Shown piece by piece: positions 53,421 through 64,000 of a stretch of DNA of 64,000 nt. Made by a program: the position numbers and the translations under genes. This stretch comes from Octopus sinensis (lineage: Eukaryota): positions 23,498,001 to 23,562,000 of the forward strand of contig NC_043020.1 in the NCBI RefSeq assembly GCF_006345805.1. The letters are read 5' to 3'. The first letter of the stretch is position 1, and every line of letters begins with the position of its first letter. The notes beneath the pieces are model-generated. The model saw only the letters and a program-made list of their open reading frames with translations, had not been told where the DNA came from and did not search any database.

Positions 53421-53505
<85 letters not shown>

Positions 53506-53506
<1 letters not shown>

Positions 53507-53730
53507 TAGGTTGGTGCATAACTATTGCGATTTTTCCAATAATTTTATTCAACAATAACAAAAACAATATTTTAAAAAAACATCTGATCATCTGGCAAGC
53601 AAATGGGAAGCAGTAATTGAAGTAGATGGTGAATATGCTCCGGAATAATCATTTAAATATGTTTTTGTTATTGTTTGTTAAATAAAATTTGTTGAAAAAC
53701 AAGCCACAATAACTATGCACCTACCCAAAA
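53506..53730 (+). mobile_element. Mariner-derived MITE
   Basis: TA|ttaggttggtgcataactattgcg with imperfect right TIR ccacaataactatgcacctacccaa; internal remnant HLASKWEAVIEVDGEY resembles a mariner C-terminus. Confidence 0.78.
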
Positions 53731-53909
53731 TATATATATATATATACCGGAGTAAACACATAAATGTGAAACAAGGTGGAAAACATGTACTCAAATACCA
53801 GAGGTAGAGTAATATGATTATTTAAAGCAGCAGAAAATTCAACAAAACCTGTTACTCTGAGTTTCACGTTCCCGTTCGTCGGCGGGACAGTTTATATATA
53901 TATATATAT

Positions 53910-53954
<45 letters not shown>

Positions 53955-54589
53955 ATATACATAATATATATGTATATAGACATATATGTGGGTGTATATA
54001 TGTATGTATATATATATATACATGTATGCCTGAGTCTGCATGTGCGTATATGAACGACTACGAGTGTGGCAGGGGAAAGACGAGATATTTTTGAAAAATA
54101 AAATGTAGAATCCGTGTCTTTTAATAATAATTGAAACTTCTAAACTTCATTTGCATAATGGTGCAGTTTTTCCGATGAGCCTTAATGACCAGGGTACGAA
54201 CACAAAATGAGCAATGATTCTCACACACATACATACATACATACATACATACATACATACATACATACATACATACATACTTACATCCATGCATAAGTAC
54301 GTACGTACGTATATATATACACACTTATTTATGTTTTATGTTTATATATCAAAGTATATTATGGACTTTGTCTTCTGTCTGTGTCGGAGTGATAATTGCC
54401 GATGCAATTCAGAATTGCGATGAAAGCACAACGGATAAACTGTATAATAGGAATCGTTTCAAAACTAAATCAAAGAACTTTAAAATACTTAATAAAAGTT
54501 GAATGGCCATTTCTATTCATATTAACAAATAATATACAATATATGTGTGTATGCGTGCGTGTGCGTCTGTATGCATGTATGTATATATA

Positions 54590-54631
<42 letters not shown>

Positions 54632-54798
54632 ATATATATATATATAATATATATATATATATAAATTATGAGTTTTCACCGTATATTGGGTATAGACCAT
54701 AGTATAATATTAAGGGATATAAACTCCCCAAAGAAAAAGTGGCATTAGTATAACATGGGAATAGAAGGCGCACCTATTAAACGTTTTTAATTTACGCA

Positions 54799-54834
<36 letters not shown>

Positions 54835-55029
54835 TGGTAAAAACGGTAAGATAACACAAGATAGAAAGATACCTCAATATCATGTAAATAGAGGAAATTT
54901 ATCAGTAAAATGATATGTGACAATTATTCGGTAGCCAAGATAAAACTCTGAGTTTCGGATGCCGAAGTGGAAATCCACAACACCGAATAATTGTCACATA
55001 TTATTTTACTGATAAATTCCTCTATTTAC

Positions 55030-55099
<70 letters not shown>

Positions 55100-55105
<6 letters not shown>

Positions 55106-55440
55106 GAGCAAATCGACCCCAGAACTTATTCTTTGTAAGCCTAGTACTTATTCTATCGGTCTCTGTTGCCGAACCGCTAAGTTATGGGGACATGAACACA
55201 CCAGCATCGGTTGTCAAGCGATGTTGGGGAGGACAAACACAGACACACAAACACACATATATATATATATATTATACATATACACGACAGCCTTCTTTCA
55301 CTTTCCGTCTACCAAATCCACTCAAAAAGGCGTGGTCAGCCGGAGGCTATAGTAGAAGACACTTGCCCAAGATGCCACGCAGTTGGACTGAACCCTGAAC
55401 CATGTGGTTGGTAAGCAAGCTACTTACTCTCCTGCGCCAA
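55100..55440 (-). mobile_element. SINE-B
   Basis: Reverse complement of the body and head, with internal (TA)n. Confidence 0.85.
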
Positions 55441-56185
55441 TGGAAGTGAATGTATATATATATATACTTACGCGCACACACACACATACATACACACATA
55501 TGCACACACACACACGCACACAAACATATATACATTCATATATTTCTTAAACATTGTCTCTAAAAGCGTTTATTTTGTTTTAAATTGATATATTTTTTTC
55601 GCTATCTTTACGATCTCTTTTTTCTTTCTCGCTTATTAATAATAAATATATCACTTTTCTTATACCAATATTATCTACTAATCATAATTTAATTATCTTC
55701 CTAAATTTCTCTTCCCTCCTTTATAAAACTGTCTTATTATTTTCTATTAATTCTATTATTATTGTCTTCCAAAATTCTTAACGTCCTATTTTTGAATATT
55801 TTTGACTCTGCGTTCTAGAAACGTTATGTCGAGAGATTATTGTTTAAATTCGATTTTCTCACCCGATGAGGCAACTTGATATCTGCATTAATTTAAAGAT
55901 TGTTTATATCAATGCAGATACGTAAGTAATTTACTTATTATAAAATATAATAAAGTAAATTATCTCTGCATGCTTTAAGTTACGAAACATTTGTTGTGAT
56001 ATAGGTATTTCCAATGTTTAAATAAGTTTTACCACACTATATTTCTCTCGTTATTCATAAAGATTATACACTCGTTAAAATTTTCTGCACTACTATATAC
56101 TCCATCTCTTTTGCGGAATGATACATTCAGGAGGTTCTTTAATTAGCACAACTGCATTAATTGAATGCATATATTTTGACTTAAA

Positions 56186-56221
<36 letters not shown>

Positions 56222-56269
56222 CATGCATACACACACACGCACACACACATATGTATATATATATATAAT

Positions 56270-56306
<37 letters not shown>

Positions 56307-56307
<1 letters not shown>

Positions 56308-56450
56308 GGCGCAGGCGTGGATGTGTGGTAAGGAGCTTGCTTCCCAATGAAATGGTTCCGGGTTCAGTCCCAATGCGTTTCACCTTGGGTAAGTGTCTTG
56401 TGAGTGGATTTGTTAGATGGAAACTGAAAGAAGCCCGTCGTTGTATATGC

Positions 56451-56493
<43 letters not shown>

Positions 56494-56660
56494 GTGTGTG
56501 TGTGTGTGTGTTTATGTGTTTGTCTCCCAAACATCGCTTCGCAACCGATGCTGGTGTGTTTACGTCCCCGTAACTTAGCTGTTCGGCAAAAAGAGACCGA
56601 TATAATAAGTACTAGGCTTACAAAGAATAAGTCCTGGGGTTGATTTCCTCGACTAAAGGC
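56307..56660 (+). mobile_element. SINE-B
   Basis: ggcgcaggcgtggatgtgtggtaagg head directly after (TA)n; internal (TA)n(TG)n. Confidence 0.85.
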
Positions 56661-56847
56661 CGAGTTGGCAATATGATTAGCATACCGGGAAAATGTTTTG
56701 CCGGATTCGATCCGTCTTTATGTTCTTTGCCATTCATCCTTTGGGAATCGATGAATTAAGCAGCAGTGAATCACTGGGGTCGATGAGAATCACTGGGGTA
56801 CTCTTCCCTCACATTTCAGGCCTTGGTCCTATAGTAGAAAGGATTAC

Positions 56848-57328
<481 letters not shown>

Positions 57329-57338
57329 ATTATTATTA

Positions 57339-57403
<65 letters not shown>

Positions 57404-57425
57404 TATTATTATATATTATTATTAT

Positions 57426-57784
57426 GGGTTTTCTTCTTCTTTAAAATTTGCTTCCATTTCTTGCCGAGTGTCTTCCCGTCCTAGGGCAAAGAAACTCATT
57501 GTATACATTGGTAGCCATTTTTTTTATAGAAAAAGTTAAATTAAAATAGAAAAAGTTAAATTAAAATACATGGGTAGTAATTGTTCTCACATCGTCAATG
57601 CTCTTCTCAATACGTGTGATGTACCAGTTAAGACAATATTTTGCACTTCTTGCAGGGATGGTAAGCTAGGGATCATTCTCATATAATTTTCGGTTTCCTT
57701 CTTGATCATTCCTAGTGCTCCTACGATCACTGGTATTGTAACCGCCTTGGGATGCCACATTTTCTCAATTTCAATGAGCAAGTC

Positions 57785-57786
<2 letters not shown>
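57426..57786 (-). mobile_element. 5'-truncated Dong-like copy (family 2)
   Basis: KDLLIEIEKMWHPKAVTIPVIVGALGMIKK..GTSHVLRRALTM* plus a distinct 3' UTR; (TAA)n at both ends. Confidence 0.85.
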
Positions 57787-57841
<55 letters not shown>

Positions 57842-57859
57842 GTTATTATTATTATTATG

Positions 57860-57921
<62 letters not shown>

Positions 57922-58115
57922 CAGAACGCCGGGGCAAACTGCTTAGCGGTATTTCGTCTGTCCTTACATTCTGAGTTCAAATTCGCCGAGGTCGACTTTG
58001 CCTTTCATCCTTTAGGGGTCGGTAAATTAAGTACCTGTTGCGCACTCGGGTCGATCCAATCTACTTGCAACCTCCCCCTCAAAATTTCAGGCCTTGTGCC
58101 TATAGTAGAAAGGAT
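57922..58115 (+). mobile_element. SINE-C (SINE-A head/core with an alternative tail ending in (TTA)n); duplicate at 58638-58832
   Basis: Nin-like core, then aaatttcaggccttgtgcctatagtagaaagga followed by (TTA)n. Confidence 0.85.
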
Positions 58116-58177
58116 TACTATTATTATTATTATTATATTATTATTATTATTATTATTATTATCATTATTATTATTAT

Positions 58178-58521
58178 GAGTTTTCTTCTTCTTTAAAATT
58201 TGCTTCCATTTCTTGCCAGGTGTCTTCCCGACTCCTAGGGCAAAGAAACTCATTGTATACATTGGTAGCCATTTTTGTTTATAGAAATAAAGTTAAATTA
58301 AAATACATGGGTAGTAATAGTTCTCACATCGTCAATGCTGTTCTCAATACGTGTGACGTACCAGTTAAGACAATATTTTGCACTTCTTTCAGGGATGGTA
58401 AGCCAGGGATCATTCTCATATAATTTTTGGTTTCCTTCTTGATCATTCCTAGTGCTCCTACGATCGCTGATATTGTAACCGCCTTGAGATGCCACATTTT
58501 CTCAATTTCAATGAGCAAGTC

Positions 58522-58523
<2 letters not shown>
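58178..58523 (-). mobile_element. Duplicate of the family-2 Dong-like fragment
   Basis: Same truncation point (KDLLIEIEKMWH); scattered substitutions relative to 57426-57786. Confidence 0.85.
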
Positions 58524-58584
<61 letters not shown>

Positions 58585-58588
58585 ATTA

Positions 58589-58637
<49 letters not shown>

Positions 58638-58832
58638 CAGAACGCCGGGGCAAACTGCTTAGCGGTATTTCGTCTGTCCTTACATTCTGAGTTCAAATTC
58701 CGCCGAGGTCGACTTTGCCTTTCATCCTTTAGGGGTCGGTAAATTAAGTACCAGTTACGCACTCGGGTCGATCCAAACTACTTGCAACATCCCCCAAAAA
58801 AAATTTCAGGCCTTGTGCCTATAGTAGAAAGG

Positions 58833-58945
<113 letters not shown>

Positions 58946-58949
58946 ACGA

Positions 58950-59510
58950 AGAGCGATTGCAATAGACATTTCATTGGTTGAACGATATTTGGAGAGCAAG
59001 CCTGTCTTTGTCGAGTTCAAAATAAAAAGTGATAAAAAATCAAAATTATAGTAATTCAAATAAATCTAAAGTATAAACGAGAGCAGCCAGCGTCTACACA
59101 CTGATGGAATTACGTCATCAGTCTTTAAGTTTCAATTTATAAGTGGGGAAAAGAAGACAGAAAAAAGGAAAGAGAAAGAAAGGGAAAAAGAAGAATATTT
59201 AACCAAACAGCTTTGTGTAAATTTGATGAAATTCTGTTATTTTATTCATTCTTCGACGATATGATATTAATAACCCGCAAACGTATTTCTCCTCATGCAT
59301 TTTAAGTATTGAAAGTGTCCCAGATTCAGGATATTTTCTGAGAGTATGCACTTTCAAATATTTTTCAAAATTGCAGCCGTTTGAAGCAAAATGTTCGGCA
59401 AGTTCTCTCGAATTACTCTTATTTTGCTTGACGTCGAGTCTACGCCCATTAAATTTTTTGTTTAATTGTTCTGTTGTACAATCAACGTAAATCATGTTGT
59501 TCCCTGCATC
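58950..59510 (-). mobile_element. Decayed Penelope-like element 3' part (GIY-YIG endonuclease remnant plus terminal region)
   Basis: ORF 59199-59495 MIYVDCTTEQLNKKFNGRRLDVK..LAEHF..LKMHEEKY resembles the YVG.T...L..RFN.HR.D..LA.HF pattern of Penelope GIY-YIG domains. Confidence 0.65.
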
Positions 59511-59872
59511 CTGCCCCGTCCGTCATAAAGTTTCTGAGTTCAAATTTTCCCCGAAGTTGACTTTGCCTTTCATCCCTTTCGTGGTCGAGAAAATAAATAC
59601 CAGTTGAGTACCGTGGTCGTTGTAATTGACTTACTCGCTCACGCGAAATTGCTGGCCTCGTGCAAAATTTGTAACTACTACTACTATCATCATTATTATT
59701 ATTATTATTATTATTATTGAAGGCGGCGAGCTGGCAGAATCGCTAGCACGCTGGGGGAAATGCTTAGCAGCATTTCGTCTGCCTCTACGCTCTGAGTTTA
59801 AATTCCGCCGAGGTCAACTTTGCTTTCGGAGTTGATGAAATAATTCATTCACCTACTTATGTATATATATAT

Positions 59873-59946
<74 letters not shown>

Positions 59947-60624
59947 GTACGTACACACACGCATATATATATATATTTGTGTGTGTGTGTGTTTGTATGT
60001 GTGAGTGTGTTTAGTGTGTGTGTATGTTTGTGTATATATAGGCTTATAGTAAACACGTGCTTCAACATTTTCCACGTTTGAAGAATGAGGAATTACGTCG
60101 CTATTCCCCATTGGCATCCCTACAAGGAGTGATTTATTTTTCGAAATCCGTAAAAGAGAAATGATTCGTGAAATAATGGTTGACAGATTCTACCTTGGAA
60201 CGGAAATAATGGAAACTGACAATCCGAGGCGGAGGCTAAGATTTGCATTTTTCTTTCTGACCCCTTCAAAGGAGAACGTCTTATGACGTTGCGGTAATAA
60301 TGAAAGAAGAGAGAGAAGAACAGAACTGTCAGAAAACTGATTCGGAAAATAATGGCCGTGAGAATCTGCTTTGGGAGATACAGAAAAGAATCGGTAAATG
60401 TTTTCTTTATATTGGAAACAGTTTTGTTCAAATAGCATTAATGATTCCGACAACAAAGGGAAGATGAAAAATAGGAAAAGCAAATTGTTAAGAAAATGCG
60501 TGACAGAACCGTTAATGATAGTTCGGGCTAGATAGGAAAACGTTTTAAACGGCTTGAATGACAGGAGTGGTGACATTGAGCACTGAAAACAAGAGTAATA
60601 ATAATAATAATAATAATAATAATC

Positions 60625-60658
<34 letters not shown>

Positions 60659-60757
60659 CAAAAATAATGATAAGGATTTTATTTGCCACTAGGGAAAAGG
60701 ATAAGTTAGACAATGCAGACACAGACATAAAGTGTGAGGGTTTACAAATAGTAATGA

Positions 60758-60818
<61 letters not shown>

Positions 60819-60820
<2 letters not shown>

Positions 60821-61012
60821 CAAAAACACCAGGACTTCCAAACACATATAACATACAGAAAATTGCACTACTAGGCCCTGCACACATCCTACGCAGAACA
60901 CTTTCAATACAGTAACCATCAGAGCATCACAACAAATCACAGCACATACCCAAGGCACACAGAGCTGTGCTCGGTAGTGAAGTAAAAGTACGTTATAAAA
61001 ATAAAACTACTG
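60819..61012 (+). mobile_element. Short 3' fragment of Dong-like family 1 between (TAA)n tracts
   Basis: Matches 50310-50506; ends ataaaactactg followed by aat/gat triplets. Confidence 0.92.
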
Positions 61013-61028
61013 AATGATGATGATGATG

Positions 61029-61106
<78 letters not shown>

Positions 61107-61145
61107 TAATAATAATAATAATTATGATTATGATTATTATTATTA

Positions 61146-61217
<72 letters not shown>

Positions 61218-61623
61218 TATTATTATTATTATTTCTGTTCCAGCAACAAGGCCTTGAAAATTTTGTGGGAAGGAAGCTGGTCCATTATCCTATGTTTATC
61301 GTCAGCATGGAAAATTCGTTTAACCGAAAACTGGGTAGCAAATTCATGTCAGAAAACACGGTTGAAGCGAACTGTCAAGGGTAGAAACTCCGGGTTCATG
61401 TGTAGAAATTTGTGTGTTGTATATGAATAAATGAAAGAATGGAGTCGAACAAAATTCCTTCGGAATGAAAATATTCTGTCTTCGAAACATGTGTCGAGAG
61501 TAAAGGAATTTTGTTAACATCTTCGTTCGACTCCATTCTTTCATTTATTCATATATATGTATATATATATATATATATATGCGTGCGTGTGTGTATGTGT
61601 GTTTGTGTGTGTGTGTACATATG

Positions 61624-61667
<44 letters not shown>

Positions 61668-61707
61668 GTTAATTCAAACTTGAAAACACACGAAAGAAAG
61701 AAGGAGG

Positions 61708-61742
61708 GTCTAACGTTTCGAGCGGAGCTCTTCGTCAGAAAC
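61708..61742 (-). ncRNA. Candidate minimal type-I hammerhead ribozyme in a Penelope-like terminal fragment
   Basis: Minus strand GUUU-CUGACGA-A-GAGC(UCC)GCUC-GAAAC-GUU-AGAC: intact core, 4-bp stems I and II, palindromic AACGUU in place of stem III. Confidence 0.6.
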
Positions 61743-62212
61743 ATAGAAAAAGGAAAGATCCAAGGAAGCGAAGACGGAGGGAAAAATGTGTGCAGTAAAG
61801 AAATAAAAATACTCTCCGTCACACGAAACCTTGGGTTTCCTCAAATCAAGTCCTTGTTTGAACTCACTTAGAAGAAATCTTCTTTTCTTGTATAACAAAG
61901 CTATACCAGCTTTCATCTTGTCTTTCCATGAATAAAGTAACGGTGCACGCTTTACTGTCCTTTGAGGTGCGTAGACATATAACCTTTGGTATCTTCATTG
62001 TCATTTACATTGTTTTCGTTTTTGCATTCGAAGCAATCTTTCGAATTCTGTTGTTTCTCGTATTTTCATACAAAGTGTACTTCTAAACTTTTAAGCCTGG
62101 AGCTACGTCTGTATTTTAACATTTCGCATTGATATTTCTAGCTGGCATTTTGCATCTACTTAAAAGTACAAACATATTTAATCTTTGTATTTGGGCTGCA
62201 ACGCGTTTTATG

Positions 62213-62880
62213 TATACGAAGTCAGATCAATGAGTATTCGGTTTGTTGCCATAGTAACGAAGCAGAGTGAAACCGCCTGGCACGGACTGATCTTAAACTC
62301 TGCTGTGCATACGGAATCAGATTCCGCCGAGGTCGACTTTGCCGTCCATCCTTTCGGGGTCGATAAATTAAGTACCAGTTACGCTCTGGGGTCGATATAA
62401 TCGACTTAATCCGTTTGTCTGTCCTTGTTTGTCCCCTCTGTGTTTAGCCCCTTGTGGGTAATAAAGAAATAGGTATTTCGTCTGTCGTTACGTTCTGAGT
62501 TCAAATTCCGCCGAGGTCAACTTTGCCGTTCATCCTTTCGGGATCGATAAATTAAGTACCAGTTTCGCACGGGGTCGATATAATCGACTTAATCCGTTTG
62601 TCTGTGCTTGTTTGTCCTCTCTGTGTTTAACCCCTTGTGGGTAATAAAGAAATAGGAATAAGATTTAACGTTCTAGGTCACTTCCGCTGTTTACAGCAGT
62701 GCTTGGAAGGAAGGTTGTTGCGTGTGTTCGTCACATTCACCATGACAGAAAAAAGTTGCCATGGTGATGTCTGCTCAGAGACCTACGCAAAGCTGCAGAA
62801 AGTGTGTGGAGAGGAGTGTATGAGCCGCACACAAGTGTACGAGTGGTTCAGACGTTTCCAAGATGGCTGAAAAATGTCGA
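62213..62880 (+). mobile_element. Mariner 5' fragment interrupted by a SINE-A dimer (62320-62656)
   Basis: TIR-like tacgaagtcagatcaatgagtattcgg; the downstream translation SETYAKLQKVCGEECMSRTQVYEWFRRFQDG* is a typical mariner N-terminal HTH. Confidence 0.8.
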
Positions 62881-63411
62881 TAGAGTAGTCTTTCGTTAGA
62901 TCGTCTATGTGAGTTGCTTGCTTGTTAACACCAGGAATGGAATGTGAAACCTGCTAGAAATAGTAACTAAATCTTCCCGAAATCTTTTCTGTCTATATGC
63001 ATTTTGAAATGTATCAGCTGATCCCTGATAGACAGATCTGAGAATTTCAAGAGCAAGATAAGATCGCTTTAAACTTACCATTTTCTTTAACTGGATCTGT
63101 CAGAATATAACGGACACAGATCATCAAACTTTTCAGAGACTCATATTCATCCTCTAAGTAATCTGCTGAAAGTAATTGGTGGTAGTAAACGAGGGAGTTT
63201 TTCTTAAAGTAAGGGGCTTAGTCCAAATACTTGCAAGTAAGTGTATTCTACTTAAGGCATACAAAGACAAGGGGTTGCATTTAACGGGATGACGGACTAC
63301 ATTTACCATCAAAGCAATAACATTAAGAATCCCAGCTATGAGCTTCCAAACAGTTTCCGTATACCTAAGGCGATGATATTAAACACTCGCCACGAATTCC
63401 AATCAGTGAAA

Positions 63412-63699
63412 TCTTTATGTATAAAACTGAAGTTGTGTGAGAGTCTGTCTCCTCCGATTTAGATTCCTAACTACTCCCACATTTTGCGGTGCAGTTTAAC
63501 CAAAAGCGGGTATCTTATAGTCGTGATTCATATCGAGCCCTTCTGGGTATTAGCGCGCGTCTACGATGAGCCTACAATTTAGAAAAAAATTTACCATCAT
63601 TTTTTCAATGCATTTTTTGCTCGGTTTATATAACTCTCTAAAAATGCTTATATAGTTATTTCCCTTACAAACCCGAGCAACGCTGGGCGATACTGCTAG
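63412..63699 (+). mobile_element. Non-autonomous Helitron (288 bp)
   Basis: A|TC at the 5' end, hairpin cccgagcaacgctggg at 63672-63687, CTAG|T at the 3' end, no TSD. Confidence 0.85.
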
Positions 63700-64000
63700 T
63701 TAAACATAAAAACGAAATAGTTGCAAAGCGGCCATCTTCACCACCTGACCAGGTTTATCGTACCAAGAGCATGAATAGTTTAACTTTTCGTTGATTCTTC
63801 ACTGAAATACAGCAACACGTCAAAGTTTGATGCTCATATCAAAAATAATCATCCGTTTGTTTAGCGAATGATCAGATAATGCCGTCGCGTTTTATGATTG
63901 CTAAAACCGAAGATATTTGATGAGACTTGTAGTGTTTTTTTCAATTTTATTAGAAAAAACGTACGAAAGACCAACATTCCGAAAAAAAATTCTCATGTAA

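Noticed and set aside
59099-59123. Hairpin actgatg-gaattacgt-catcagt containing CTGATGA on the minus strand
   Set aside because: A 7-bp stem can arise by chance, and there is no GAAA element to complete a hammerhead
60150-60420. Purine-rich open frames ending at a GT donor-like site (MKEEREEQNCQK..)
   Set aside because: No acceptor, no homology that I recognise, and stops in neighbouring segments

Overview
AT-rich eukaryotic sequence dominated by microsatellites and transposable elements. The SINE and microsatellite landscape suggests an octopus (inference). There is one 100-N gap at 46782-46881. I found no host protein-coding gene that I can support. Nearly all of the supplied ORFs are translated microsatellites or retroelement fragments. 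Recognisable content: (i) a young Tx1/L1-clade LINE cluster in a (GATA)n tract at 30.5-34.8 kb; (ii) R4/Dong-type LINEs with a restriction-like endonuclease that end on (TAA)n, one near full length at 46.9-50.5 kb plus several truncated copies; (iii) a CR1-like LINE with an in-frame 348-bp duplication of its RT core; (iv) RTE and Penelope remnants, the latter carrying minimal hammerhead-ribozyme motifs; (v) Tc1/mariner deletion derivatives, fold-back MITEs and a non-autonomous Helitron; (vi) at least five tRNA-like SINE types; (vii) a microhomology-bounded tandem triplication at 29.3-39.4 kb. The most interesting signals are two SINE-LINE pairs visible within the window (SINE-A shares its last ~50 nt with the Tx1 LINE, SINE-B shares a 22-nt 3' motif with the CR1 LINE), two apparent microsatellite-targeting LINE systems (Tx1 on GATA, Dong on TAA), recurring head-less SINE multimers, and dimer-type hammerhead motifs. 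SINE-A to SINE-E are my working labels. All family assignments come from motif recognition, not database searches.
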